Counted from the first letter of the stretch, positions 1 through 9,424 are shown. The stretch is 64,000 nt of DNA from Bacteroidetes bacterium GWB2_32_14 (GCA_001768235.1 MENK01000003.1:85791-149790), one strand, 5' to 3'. Notes: generated from the letters alone by a model not told the origin. Translations and numbers: made by a program.

Positions 1-379
1 CTTTAAGGATTTGGGAAAACGTAAAAAACTTCGTAGTTTTTCCTTTAGAGAAAATTCTCAGGTTCAATGAATTAACATCGATCACAAGAGGCAGAAATTT
101 ATTACCGATTTTATATTCGATAATTTTATACCCCCGTGCTTTGATTCGCAAATTAAATGTTTTCGTTAATTCACCTGAAAGTATTTTATTTTTTGGAATA
201 TTTGTATATCGGACAGGAATTGAAATTGATGTTTCATATTCTTTCTCCAGTTGATTTAAAAACCATAAAACAGATGAAAGAAGAACAAAGAACAAAAAAA
301 TGATAATTCTTTTATCAATTCTTAGTTTCTTATTTTCTAATGTTTTAACAATAATATCGTTATTACTACTTGTAATCAC
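1..379 (-). CDS. YbbR-like (CdaR-type) domain protein, N-terminal part only; gene runs off the left window edge
   Basis: Not in ORF track because there is no stop inside the window. Minus-strand translation from GTG at 379-377 (in-frame TAA five codons upstream, no ATG available): VITSSNNDIIVKTLENKKLRIDKRIIIFLFFVLLSSVLWFLNQLEKEYETSISIPVRYTNIPKNKILSGELTKTFNLRIKARGYKI... This gives one TM helix followed by the pattern typical of Bacteroidota YbbR-like proteins. Position after yajC matches the usual synteny. Confidence 0.55.
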   Translation of the reverse strand, partial: MITSSNNDIIVKTLENKKLRIDKRIIIFLFFVLLSSVLWFLNQLEKEYETSISIPVRYTNIPKNKILSGELTKTFNLRIKARGYKIIEYKIGNKFLPLVIDVNSLNLRIFSKGKTTKFFTFSQILK

Positions 380-397
380 TTGATAAATAAATTAAGC

Positions 398-436
398 AAA
401 AAATTAAGCGTTTAATTCTAGAATTAAACGCTTAAT
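398..436 (-). terminator. Rho-independent terminator after yajC
   Basis: Perfect 14-bp stem, 404-417 ttaagcgtttaatt / 422-435 aattaaacgcttaa, with loop ctag. On the minus strand it is followed by TTTTTT (plus-strand A-run 398-403). It lies 6 nt downstream of the yajC stop. Confidence 0.55.
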
Positions 437-441
437 ACATA

Positions 442-756
442 TTATTTCGATTCAATATCGCTTGAATCTCTTAAAATTGCACTTTTATCAACTTTTATTC
501 GAACATTGTTATCAATTTCAACAATAACATAGTTATCTTTTAACCCGTCAACTTTCCCGTAGATACCACCTGTTGTAATTACTTTATCGCCTTTTTGAAG
601 TCCTTCTCGGTATTTTCTTAATTCTTTTTGACGTTTCATTTGAGGACGAATCATAAAGAAGTAAAATACAACAATAATAAGTAATAACATCAGGAATGAC
701 GCATATGGGCTTTGTCCCTGGGCTGGTTGCCCCATTAATAATACTAAATTATTCAT
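442..756 (-). CDS. yajC: preprotein translocase subunit YajC
   Basis: 104 aa. Single TM (LMLLLIIVVFYFFMIRPQ) followed by ...KRQKE...L.KGD.V.T.GGI.G.V, the YajC signature. ATG start verified. Confidence 0.9.
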   Translation of the reverse strand: MNNLVLLMGQPAQGQSPYASFLMLLLIIVVFYFFMIRPQMKRQKELRKYREGLQKGDKVITTGGIYGKVDGLKDNYVIVEIDNNVRIKVDKSAILRDSSDIESK

Positions 757-767
757 TTCTTTTAATT

Positions 768-1223
768 TTAATTAATTGATTTATTTGGTTTTACATTTGC
801 TTTTATGGTAAGCGTTTTTTCTTTTATTATCGTGTTTAATTTAAGAGTTATATTTTTATATTGAACACCATTTCGTCCTGCACTATCGAACGACACTTCT
901 ATTTTCCCATTTTCTCCCGGCTTTACAGGTTCCTTACTAAAATTCGGCACAGTACATCCACAGGTTGAATAAGCATCGTGAATAATTAAATCGCCTGTAC
1001 CTGAATTTTTAAACGTAAATATACATGAAACTTTTTCGCCTTCGATTACATTACCAAAATCAAAAAACGTTGTGTCGAATTTTATTTCCGGAACATCTTT
1101 CCCTGTTGTAAAATTATTCGGGTTTTTATCCGGGTTATCTGATTTTATATTATTACATGAAAGAACGAATGTTATACTTAAACAACCAACAAATGCTATT
1201 TCTAATAATTTAAACCTGCGCAT
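768..1223 (-). CDS. DUF1573 domain-containing lipoprotein
   Basis: ORF 768-1277 begins at GTG. The ATG at 1223 gives MRRFKLLEIAFVGCLSITFVLSC, a lipoprotein signal with lipobox Cys. The body has the DUF1573 pattern (FDFG.V.EGEKV...F.F.N.G...L.I..A.S.CGCT.P). Sits between nusB and yajC as in other Bacteroidota. Confidence 0.75.
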   Translation of the reverse strand: MRRFKLLEIAFVGCLSITFVLSCNNIKSDNPDKNPNNFTTGKDVPEIKFDTTFFDFGNVIEGEKVSCIFTFKNSGTGDLIIHDAYSTCGCTVPNFSKEPVKPGENGKIEVSFDSAGRNGVQYKNITLKLNTIIKEKTLTIKANVKPNKSIN

Positions 1224-1266
1224 AATTTTACAAAATAAAAACATTTTTATAAAATGAACAAAATTG

Positions 1267-2217
1267 TTAAATCTCACCGATTAAACCTCGTCCTGATTTT
1301 TTTATTTTGCCTTCTTTTTTTAAATGTTCAACTATTTTATCTAAAATACCATTTATAAAAATATTGCTTTTTTGAGTACTATAGAACTTTGCAATCTCTA
1401 TATATTCATCCAGGGTAACTTTGGTTGGAATTTCGGGAAATTCAACCAACTCCGAAATTGCCAGGCACATAATCACGTTATCGATAAATGCAACACGTTC
1501 AACATCCCAGTTTTGAATAAACTTTGAAATAAGATCTTCGTTTTCTTTATAATTCAGGACTACTTTTCGGAATAACCGTTTGGTAAAATCTTTATCTTCA
1601 TCGTTTTTAAACAGGGGCATTAACTCAGTATTTTCATCGCTGTTTACTTTAAACGATCTGAATGATTTTATAATCATCTGAATAACAAATTCAATATCAT
1701 CATTCCAATATATGCTTTGTTCTTCAAGGTTCTGGTACAATGGTTCGTACTGGGCGATTATATGAGAATATACTTCTGTAATAAACTTCTTGTCTTCAGT
1801 AAATGATGAAACTCCTGAATTCATGTACGATTTATATAAATCAGAATCTTTTATCTCGTTATAAAGGTTTTTAATTAGTTCAGGATAATTTACCCAGCTA
1901 AGTTTTTGGTTATTCAAATATGATTGAAGGGAAGTATTTTGTTCCAGCTTTTTTACAAGTAAATTTTCAGTAAATTTTTTATTTGGATTTAAATCATCAT
2001 ACGTTGGTATGCGTTTTTTCGATGCCAGGTCAATTCTTGATTCTGCATAATTCACAATATCAATGATTAATAATATGAGATAGTGGTATAAATCGTAAGA
2101 TTTCTGAATACTGAAAAACAATTCTTTTTCCGAGTGATTTATTGACTGGTCGCTCGATTTAAAATAAGCGTAACTAATTTGAAGAATTTTTACCCGTAAT
2201 AGTCTTCTGCTAACCAT
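1267..2217 (-). CDS. nusB: transcription antitermination factor NusB (long Bacteroidota form)
   Basis: The track start at 2292 is TTG. The ATG at 2217 gives MVSRRLLRVKILQISYAY..., a NusB-like N-terminus. The C-terminal region (DRVAFIDNVIMCLAISEL..FPEIP.KV.LDEYIEIAK.YS) matches the NusB fold motif. About 316 aa. Confidence 0.85.
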   Translation of the reverse strand: MVSRRLLRVKILQISYAYFKSSDQSINHSEKELFFSIQKSYDLYHYLILLIIDIVNYAESRIDLASKKRIPTYDDLNPNKKFTENLLVKKLEQNTSLQSYLNNQKLSWVNYPELIKNLYNEIKDSDLYKSYMNSGVSSFTEDKKFITEVYSHIIAQYEPLYQNLEEQSIYWNDDIEFVIQMIIKSFRSFKVNSDENTELMPLFKNDEDKDFTKRLFRKVVLNYKENEDLISKFIQNWDVERVAFIDNVIMCLAISELVEFPEIPTKVTLDEYIEIAKFYSTQKSNIFINGILDKIVEHLKKEGKIKKSGRGLIGEI

Positions 2218-2537
2218 TTTTAAAGAACTCCTAACATTAAAAATTATAAAAATATGAGCTGCAAAGTAACGGTTTTTTAGTTCTGATAACAACTATTCAT
2301 TCATTTTTTTACATGACTTTTTAGAATTTTCATAGAATTAACATTCGCCCGGTTTTTAATTAATTCAAAACAGGCTTAAATTTAAAAACAGCGATAAAAA
2401 AGGGTTAGGGATTTGAAAATAATATCCTGGTTCTAAAAAACGGATTCGTTCTAAAAAAAAATAAAATATAAATGAAATATTAAATATTTTTTTACTTTTG
2501 GGTGTTGATATTTTGAAACTACTAATTTTTATTTACG

Positions 2538-2915
2538 ATGGACGGATACGAAAAACATGACGAAATAGAGAATAACGGACGTGAAGAAATATTCTCTAAA
2601 GTGGTACGAGCTGGTAAAAGAACTTACTTTCTGGATGTAAAAGCTACAAAAAGAAATGATTATTATCTAACCATCACAGAAAGTAAAAAAAGATTTAATC
2701 GCGACGGAAGGCATTACTTTGAAAAACACAAGATTTTCCTATATAAAGAAGATTTTGAGAAATTCATTGAAAACCTGACAGAAGCTATCGACTTTATTAA
2801 AGTGAATGTTCCTGAAATTCTTCCGCTTGAACATGCTGAAGTAGGAGTTGAAGCTGAGAATAATAACGGATATACTTCCGACGTTGAATTCGATGACCTG
2901 GGTGAAAAAAACTGA
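2538..2915 (+). CDS. PUR-alpha-like ssDNA/RNA-binding protein (DUF3276 family)
   Basis: 125 aa. The stretch EIFSKVVRAGKRTYFLDVKATKRNDYYLTITESKKRF...HKIFLYKEDFEKF is the PUR repeat pattern seen in Bacteroidota and spirochaete bacterial Pur-alpha homologues. Confidence 0.7.
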   Translation: MDGYEKHDEIENNGREEIFSKVVRAGKRTYFLDVKATKRNDYYLTITESKKRFNRDGRHYFEKHKIFLYKEDFEKFIENLTEAIDFIKVNVPEILPLEHAEVGVEAENNNGYTSDVEFDDLGEKN

Positions 2916-2926
2916 TTTATAAAATC

Positions 2927-2960
2927 AAAAAAGCTGACTTCATTGTGAAGTCAGCTTTTT
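2927..2960. terminator. bidirectional Rho-independent terminator between convergent genes
   Basis: 15-bp stem 2928-2942 / 2946-2960 (aaaaagctgacttca ttg tgaagtcagcttttt). The A-run/T-run arms allow it to work on both strands. Confidence 0.7.
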
Positions 2961-2969
2961 CATTTCGCA

Positions 2970-3263
2970 TCAATCGTATTTATGCATTTTATCTTCAATA
3001 GTAACCTCCCTGTTTTTTCTGTTCTGAATTTTTAAATATACCAACAACTCATCTGCTCCATTACTAAAACAGGTATTTTGTATTTGTTCAATCACTTTCA
3101 TTATCTCATCATAAGGCCCTTCAATTACTGTTTCGAACGGGCAAACTCTGTATTTTAATCCCGATTCGCGAATAACCTGTATTGCATCATCAACCAAATC
3201 ATAAGGTTTTTTAGTATCCGACTTCGGTAATACTTGTACAGCTATATTTACTATGTTTTTCAT
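2970..3263 (-). CDS. MTH1187/YkoF-family thiamine-binding protein (DUF77)
   Basis: 97 aa. The stretch VQVLPKSD...YDLVDDAIQVIRESGLKYRVCPFETVIEGPYDEIMKVIEQ is typical of the MTH1187 family. Confidence 0.75.
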   Translation of the reverse strand: MKNIVNIAVQVLPKSDTKKPYDLVDDAIQVIRESGLKYRVCPFETVIEGPYDEIMKVIEQIQNTCFSNGADELLVYLKIQNRKNREVTIEDKMHKYD

Positions 3264-3273
3264 TGTTATTTTT

Positions 3274-3996
3274 TTACTTTTTCTCAGAAAAATATTTTTC
3301 TACTTCTTCAATACTCAACAATTTTACATTTGTTATTAAAAACCGGGTACTTAAAAAGTTCCCGAATTGATTGGATTCGGCAATTATATCATCAACTAAC
3401 TTATTAATATCTACTTCAATGGGAATAAGTGAAATCAGAATATAATACTGGTTAAAAAATTCAATTTTTTCAATCACAGAGTTATTCTTTTTAAATCCAC
3501 ACTCTGATTCGGTTTGAATAATTTTTCTCTGACTATCAGTAAAAAACAAACCTGCATTATGCTTACCTGCTATAAAATAACGCAGTTTAGAATCTTTACC
3601 ACCTAAACCAGTTGAAATAAAAACCTGGTGTTCGTCCATTAATTTTGATTCAAGGCCTATCCTGCAATATTGAAACGATAATAAAGCCCATGATTTAAGC
3701 TCCTGACTAGCATTTTTAAGATAGTTTTCAAGTACTCGGTATGCCTGAACACTTTCACATATCGACAATTCTGCTAAAAGAACTTTCTTCTCATCATCTG
3801 GCACTTCAGTATTCATTAACTTTCCGGATTCAGATAGTATTACCTCATCATCTCGCTTAGTTTTCTGTAAATCATTTACAAACTCAAAAAAAATCATTTG
3901 CAGGTTAACATCAACCTGTTCTTCGAGAATACTAAACTTTCCTCCTGATTTCCCGACCAGCTGGCTAAGTTTTTTGTATGTTTCGTCTGATTTCAT
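3274..3996 (-). CDS. hypothetical protein
   Basis: 240-aa ORF with ATG start, 10 nt upstream of the MTH1187-family gene on the same strand. No family recognised by eye. Confidence 0.6.
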   Translation of the reverse strand: MKSDETYKKLSQLVGKSGGKFSILEEQVDVNLQMIFFEFVNDLQKTKRDDEVILSESGKLMNTEVPDDEKKVLLAELSICESVQAYRVLENYLKNASQELKSWALLSFQYCRIGLESKLMDEHQVFISTGLGGKDSKLRYFIAGKHNAGLFFTDSQRKIIQTESECGFKKNNSVIEKIEFFNQYYILISLIPIEVDINKLVDDIIAESNQFGNFLSTRFLITNVKLLSIEEVEKYFSEKK

Positions 3997-4121
3997 AAAG
4001 AATATTACTTAACAAACTTAACTATAAATATTCGATTTGTTGGTTTGTATTTAAAAACAATTGATTCGTTCTGGTGTTTAATATACCAAATCATCAATTT
4101 AAAAATACCAATAATTAGGTA

Positions 4122-4152
4122 TTGTTAAGGGTTTTTATAAAATATACTTTTG
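4122..4152 (+). promoter_or_regulatory. candidate Bacteroidota sigma-A-type promoter for feoAB
   Basis: The -7 element tacttttg (4145-4152) matches TAnnTTTG exactly. A partial -33 element (aTTG, 4121-4124) lies 20 nt upstream. The feoB ATG is 40 nt downstream. Confidence 0.35.
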
Positions 4153-4191
4153 GGCAGGAAACTGAAAAAGGCATAAAATCAGGACTAATAA

Positions 4192-6651
4192 ATGAAATTA
4201 TCGCAGTTAAAAGATAAAGACGAAGGATATATAACTAAAGTACGAGGCAGGGGAGCTTTTCGCAAACGAATTACAGAAATGGGCTTCGTTAAAGGGAAAA
4301 AAATTGTTGTTGTTAAAAATGCCCCTTTAAAAGATCCTATTGAATACAGCATTATGGGTTACGAGGTATCGCTGCGTAAAAGTGAGGCTGCATTAATCGA
4401 AGTAATTACAAAAGAAGAAGCACAAAAACTGGATATAAATAAATTCAATGGTGTAATTACCGAGGAAACTTTAAAAACATCTGCTAAAAGTAAAGGAAAC
4501 GAAATCCAGGTAGCCTTAGTAGGTAATCCAAACTCGGGGAAAACAACACTCTTTAATTTTGCATCACGTTCAAGAGAACATGTCGGAAATTACAGCGGAG
4601 TAACTGTAGATTCCAAAACTGCCCATTTTAAACTCGATGATTATTCATTCAATATTACAGACTTACCGGGAACATACTCATTATCTGCATATTCTCCCGA
4701 AGAGTTATTTGTCCGCAAATTTATTTTAAAGGAAATTCCCGATGTAGTTATTAATGTTGTTGACGCGTCGAATCTTGAACGAAATCTTTACCTTACAACA
4801 CAACTTATTGATATGGACATTAAAGTTGTGATTGCCCTCAACATGTATGATGAATTAAAGCAAAAAGGTGATGATTTTGATTTTGAATCGTTAGGTAAAA
4901 TGATTGGTATTCCAATTATTCCCACTATCAGTTCTAAAGGTTATGGTATAAAAACCCTTTTTAAAAAAGTTATTGATGTATATGAAGATAATGATCCCTC
5001 TGTTCGCCATATCCATATCAATTATGGAAAAGACGTGGAACAATCAATTCATAATATACAAGAAGTTATATGGAAAAATGAACGTATCTCAGATACTGTA
5101 TCATCGCGATATTATGCTATAAAACTATTAGAGAAAGACAGTTCCGCGAAACGAACTTTATCAACCTGGGAAAATTATACAGGAATAAAATCAGTTGCCG
5201 AAAAAGAAATAAAAAAAATTGAATCTCTGCTTCAGGAAGATAGTGAAACCATAATCACAGATTCGAAATATGGATTTATTGCCGGTGCATTAAAAGAAAC
5301 TTATAAAGGAAACATAAATACCCGCAGAAAAAAAACTGAACAAATCGATCATTTTCTAACACATAAATATCTTGGTTTCCCGATTTTTATCTTTTTCATG
5401 TGGTTTATGTTTCAGGCTACATTCTCACTTGGACAGTATCCAATGGACTGGATTGATAAACTGGTATTGCTATTTAGTAATTTTATACATACCATTATGC
5501 CCAACGGGGCTTTAAAAGACCTGTTGATTAATGGTATTATTGGTGGCGTAGGAGGTGTTATTGTATTTCTTCCAAATATATTAATCCTGTTCTTTTTTAT
5601 ATCGCTAATGGAAGATACCGGCTACATGGCCCGCACAGCATTTATCATGGATAGAATAATGCACAAAATAGGATTACATGGTCGTTCATTTATTCCTTTA
5701 ATCATGGGTTTTGGGTGCAATGTCCCGGCAATAATGGCTACCCGAACAATTGAGAACAGGCATAACCGCATCCTTACTATGCTTATAAACCCGTTTATGT
5801 CGTGTAGTGCAAGGTTACCTGTTTACGTGTTGATTATTTCAGCATTTTTTCCAAATCATCCCGGAACAGTGCTATTTTCGATTTATGCTATCGGTATTAT
5901 TGTAGCAGCTTTAATGGCAATATTATTTAAGAAAACCATATTTAAATCAAACGAGGTACCTTTTGTAATGGAACTACCACCCTACCGTGTACCAACGATT
6001 AAAAATACATTGCGCCACATGTGGCATAAAGGAGCTCAGTATTTGCAAAAAATGGGTGGTGTTATTCTTATAGCTTCAATAATTATTTGGGCTTTGGGAT
6101 ATTACCCCAAAAATGTAAACTACGCCAAAAACTACGATAACGAAATAAATATTGCTAAGAATAACCAGGCTTTAAATCAGGAACAAAAATCGCGGGAAAT
6201 AAACAAATTAATTACAAATAAAAACTCTGAAAAACAAGCAAGTTCTTACATTGGACAAATAGGAAAATTTATTGAACCCATAATGCGGCCTTTAGGCTTT
6301 GACTGGAAAATGAGTGTAAGTTTACTTTCCGGAGTTGCTGCAAAAGAAATCGTTGTAAGCACAATGGGTGTATTATACCAGGCTGGCACAAACGGGAACG
6401 ATATTGCAAACAATTTATCTATCAGATTACAAAACGACAGAAATGAAAATGGAGACTTAAATTTTTCTCCACTTATTGCTTACGGATTTTTAATCTTTAT
6501 TCTTTTATATTTTCCTTGCGTAGCTTCTATTGCAGCAATTAAAAAAGAATCGGGGCATTGGAAATGGGCATTGTTTACCGTGGTTTATACCACTTTTTTA
6601 GCATGGCTCTTTGCTTTTGCAATTTACCAGATTGGAAGTTTAATTATTTAA
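4192..6651 (+). CDS. feoB: ferrous iron transporter FeoB with N-terminal FeoA domain (FeoAB fusion)
   Basis: 819 aa. N-terminal FeoA SH3-like region (GYITKVRGRGAFRKRITEMGF.KG). G-domain motifs GNPNSGKTT, DLPGTYS, NMYD. Multi-pass permease with the gate motifs. Confidence 0.95.
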   Translation: MKLSQLKDKDEGYITKVRGRGAFRKRITEMGFVKGKKIVVVKNAPLKDPIEYSIMGYEVSLRKSEAALIEVITKEEAQKLDINKFNGVITEETLKTSAKSKGNEIQVALVGNPNSGKTTLFNFASRSREHVGNYSGVTVDSKTAHFKLDDYSFNITDLPGTYSLSAYSPEELFVRKFILKEIPDVVINVVDASNLERNLYLTTQLIDMDIKVVIALNMYDELKQKGDDFDFESLGKMIGIPIIPTISSKGYGIKTLFKKVIDVYEDNDPSVRHIHINYGKDVEQSIHNIQEVIWKNERISDTVSSRYYAIKLLEKDSSAKRTLSTWENYTGIKSVAEKEIKKIESLLQEDSETIITDSKYGFIAGALKETYKGNINTRRKKTEQIDHFLTHKYLGFPIFIFFMWFMFQATFSLGQYPMDWIDKLVLLFSNFIHTIMPNGALKDLLINGIIGGVGGVIVFLPNILILFFFISLMEDTGYMARTAFIMDRIMHKIGLHGRSFIPLIMGFGCNVPAIMATRTIENRHNRILTMLINPFMSCSARLPVYVLIISAFFPNHPGTVLFSIYAIGIIVAALMAILFKKTIFKSNEVPFVMELPPYRVPTIKNTLRHMWHKGAQYLQKMGGVILIASIIIWALGYYPKNVNYAKNYDNEINIAKNNQALNQEQKSREINKLITNKNSEKQASSYIGQIGKFIEPIMRPLGFDWKMSVSLLSGVAAKEIVVSTMGVLYQAGTNGNDIANNLSIRLQNDRNENGDLNFSPLIAYGFLIFILLYFPCVASIAAIKKESGHWKWALFTVVYTTFLAWLFAFAIYQIGSLII

Positions 6652-6657
6652 TGATAT

Positions 6658-6825
6658 ATGATACAAGAACTAATTGCAATAATTATAGTTTCGCTGGCTG
6701 TTATTTACACGATAACGAATACGATAAAATTCTTTGCCAATAAGAACGAACAAGCGTGTAATTGTTCCTCCTGTGATTTTAAAAAAGAAACCAGAGACCT
6801 GATAATTAATAAAAAAATAAATTAA
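6658..6825 (+). CDS. FeoB-associated Cys-rich small membrane protein (55 aa, not in ORF track)
   Basis: Own translation from ATG 6658 to TAA 6823-6825: MIQELIAIIIVSLAVIYTITNTIKFFANKNEQACNCSSCDFKKETRDLIINKKIN. One TM helix plus a CxCxxC cluster, starting 7 nt after the feoB stop. This is the architecture and position of the known FeoB-associated Cys-rich family. The track ORF 6558-6743 is in a different frame. Confidence 0.6.
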   Translation: MIQELIAIIIVSLAVIYTITNTIKFFANKNEQACNCSSCDFKKETRDLIINKKIN

Positions 6826-6902
6826 ATTCCATTTTTTGATTTTTCCATTTACTATAAATTCAAAAAGTATTATATTTATATCACGATCATATAAAATATA
6901 AT

Positions 6903-7379
6903 ATGGATTATATACTGCTAACTGTATCTGTTATATTAATTGTATTGGGATTGCTGGGATGCTTTTTACCCGTAATACCCGGCCCTCCTTTTAGTTTTTT
7001 AGGTTTGCTTGCAATCGAATTTACCCGGTTTGTTGATTTCTCAACTAATTTCCTGATTTTTATGGCTGTAATAGCTATTGTTGTTACAATTCTGGATTAT
7101 GTTGTACCCATTTGGGGAACAAAAAAATTTGGTGGTACAAAAGCAGGAATGTGGGGGGCTACTATTGGATTAATTGTTGGAATGATTTTTCTTGGCCCCT
7201 TTGGAATGATACTTGGCCCTCTCTTTGGTGCAATTATCGGCGAATTAATTCAAGGTACAAAATCAAATGAAGCTATGAAAGCCGGGTTAGGTGCTTTTAT
7301 TGGTTTTTTGCTGGGCATAGGGCTAAAACTCGCGGCTTCATTTTACATGACTTTTCATTTTATTAAAGCATTTTTCTAG
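6903..7379 (+). CDS. DUF456 domain-containing membrane protein
   Basis: 158 aa with 4 predicted TM segments. Contains GLLGCFLPVIPGPP... and ...KKFGGTKAGMWGA.IG.IVG...GP.G...GP.FGA.IGEL, the DUF456 pattern. Confidence 0.75.
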   Translation: MDYILLTVSVILIVLGLLGCFLPVIPGPPFSFLGLLAIEFTRFVDFSTNFLIFMAVIAIVVTILDYVVPIWGTKKFGGTKAGMWGATIGLIVGMIFLGPFGMILGPLFGAIIGELIQGTKSNEAMKAGLGAFIGFLLGIGLKLAASFYMTFHFIKAFF

Positions 7380-7462
7380 AACATCATTTATTCTGATTTT
7401 AAATATTTTTTCATTTTAAAACAAAATTTATATCTTGTTGATTCTCATTAAATCTGTACACG

Positions 7463-8374
7463 ATGTCCGAAACACTAAAAAATATTATTGTACCTGTAGA
7501 TTTTTCAGATCATTCTGTAAACTCCATCGACGAAGCTATATTACTTTCTAAGTTAACTCAAAGCAAAATCCATTTGCTTAATATCATTGAATTTAACGAT
7601 TGGTGGAACTCCCTGATTATTAATAAAGAAATTAAAGATAAGCTAACAGAGCTTGCTCAATTAAATTTAAAAAAATTAACTGAATCTTATCCCGAAGTAC
7701 ATTTTGAAATGGTAATACTTTTTGGAAAAAGGCACGAACAAATTTTATCATATTCTGAGTCTGTTAAAGCTAATTTTATTTTATTATACGATAAACATAA
7801 AGATGAAAATGAAAGCAAAATAATAGGTTCGACTGTTACCCGGATTATTACTAAATCAAAATGTCCTGTTATAACAATTAAAAATAAAGTAGTTTCTGAA
7901 ATAAATAAAATAATTGTACCTGTTGATTTATCGGATAAAACTGAAGCGCAAATACTTTCTGCTATTGAATTTAGTAAAAAAACAAATGCCCGGTTACACC
8001 TTGTTTCTGTACTATTTAAGGGATTTGGCACAAAAAATTTAAGAATAAAAGCTAAAGCACAACGATTACGAAGTACATTGAAAGAATACAATATACCTTT
8101 TACTATCAGTCTCATAAAAAAACATAACGCGTACGCTTATCAGGATATTCTTGATTTTTCGGATAAACAAAATGCTGACTTAATAATAATCATGACTCAT
8201 AAAGAGAATTATGGTTTCGATAATTATATTGGAGCATTTGCACAGCAAATTATTAATTATTCAAAAGTTCCTGTAATGACTATTACATCGGAGGCAACCC
8301 GTTCAGAAACAGGGACAATAATTAATAATTTTGTTGATCCTCTAGGAATTTACGACCGGGAAAATACCATATAA
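7463..8374 (+). CDS. universal stress protein (tandem UspA domains)
   Basis: 303 aa. Two repeats each begin with I(I)VPVD(F/L)SD... and contain ...GS(T)...I...S..PV(I/M)TI. Confidence 0.8.
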   Translation: MSETLKNIIVPVDFSDHSVNSIDEAILLSKLTQSKIHLLNIIEFNDWWNSLIINKEIKDKLTELAQLNLKKLTESYPEVHFEMVILFGKRHEQILSYSESVKANFILLYDKHKDENESKIIGSTVTRIITKSKCPVITIKNKVVSEINKIIVPVDLSDKTEAQILSAIEFSKKTNARLHLVSVLFKGFGTKNLRIKAKAQRLRSTLKEYNIPFTISLIKKHNAYAYQDILDFSDKQNADLIIIMTHKENYGFDNYIGAFAQQIINYSKVPVMTITSEATRSETGTIINNFVDPLGIYDRENTI

Positions 8375-8402
8375 AAAAGAGCGCCATTGAGCGCTCTTTT
8401 TT
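8373..8402. terminator. bidirectional Rho-independent terminator
   Basis: Sequence aaaaa-agagcgc-cattga-gcgctct-ttttt (stem 8378-8384 / 8391-8397). Lies between the convergent usp (+) and OTC (-) genes. Confidence 0.7.
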
Positions 8403-8419
8403 AAATATATTGTTTTTTA

Positions 8420-9424
8420 TTAATTTCCTAAAGTAGCTACCATAACAGCCTTAATAGTATGTAATCTGTTTTCAGCCTGATCAAACACTAATGAATTCGA
8501 TCCTTCAAAAACTTCTTCTGTTACTTCAATACCATCTTTCAAACCAAAATCTTCAGAAACCTGTTTTCCAACCTTTGTATCTGCATTATGAAAAGCAGGA
8601 AGACAATGCATGAATTTCACATTTGGATTTCCACTTTTTTTCATAATTGCGCTATTAACCTGGTAAGGTTTTAAAAGCTTGATTCTTTCAGCCCAAACTT
8701 CTTTAGGTTCGCCCATCGAAACCCACACATCGGTATGAACATACTCTGCTCCTTTAACCGCTTCTTCAGCATTCTCGGTAATAGTAATTCTTGCACCTGA
8801 TGTTTTAGCTATATTATTACAATCTTTAATTAAGTTTGCATCTGGCCATAATGCTTTTGGAGCACCAATACGAACATCCATTCCCAGGATAGCACCAATT
8901 ACTAGTAAAGAACGCCCCATATTAAAACGAGCATCACCTAAATATGCATAAGAAATTTTTTCAAGCGGATTGTCTGAATGTTCCATCATTGTGAGAACGT
9001 CAGCCAACATTTGAGTTGGGTGCCATTCGTTTGTTAAACCATTCCAAACAGGAACGCCTGCAAATTGAGCCAATACTTCAACAATATCTTGTCCAAAACC
9101 ACGATATTCAATACCATCATACATTCTGCCAAGAACGCGTGCAGTATCCTTAACCGTTTCTTTGTGTCCTAACTGACTTCCGGTTGGTTCCAGATAAGTA
9201 ACATGAGCTCCCTGATCATGAGCTGCAACTTCAAAAGCACAACGTGTACGAGTAGAAGATTTTTCAAAGATCAAAGCAATATTTTTTCCTTTTAATCTTT
9301 GTTGTTCTGTACCAGCATACTTAGCTTTTTTTAAATCTTTTGATAAGTTTAAAAGAAATACTAATTCTTCTTTAGTAAAATCAAGTTCTTTTAGAAAATG
9401 CCTGTTTCTTAAATTAAATGCCAT
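8420..9424 (-). CDS. argF: ornithine carbamoyltransferase (enterobacterial ArgI/ArcB-like)
   Basis: 334 aa. Motifs STRTR, HPTQ, DVWVSMG, HCLPAFH. Collinear by eye along its whole length with E. coli ArgI. Confidence 0.9.
   Translation of the reverse strand: MAFNLRNRHFLKELDFTKEELVFLLNLSKDLKKAKYAGTEQQRLKGKNIALIFEKSSTRTRCAFEVAAHDQGAHVTYLEPTGSQLGHKETVKDTARVLGRMYDGIEYRGFGQDIVEVLAQFAGVPVWNGLTNEWHPTQMLADVLTMMEHSDNPLEKISYAYLGDARFNMGRSLLVIGAILGMDVRIGAPKALWPDANLIKDCNNIAKTSGARITITENAEEAVKGAEYVHTDVWVSMGEPKEVWAERIKLLKPYQVNSAIMKKSGNPNVKFMHCLPAFHNADTKVGKQVSEDFGLKDGIEVTEEVFEGSNSLVFDQAENRLHTIKAVMVATLGN

Noticed and set aside
2430-2458. Direct repeat gttctaaaaaa at 2430-2440 and 2448-2458 in the nusB/PUR divergent region.
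   Set aside because: It is mostly poly-A low-complexity sequence, occurs as a single pair and shows no dyad symmetry. This is insufficient to call an operator.
3997-4191. Fur box upstream of feoAB.
   Set aside because: Only weak AT-rich half-palindromes (caattgattcg, aatcatcaattt) were found. Nothing is close enough to a Fur consensus to report without a genome-specific matrix.
6558-6743. 61-aa track ORF overlapping the feoB 3' end.
   Set aside because: It overlaps 94 nt of feoB in another frame. After the feoB stop, a different frame (6658-6825) gives a far more protein-like TM + Cys-rich product in the position known for FeoB-associated peptides.
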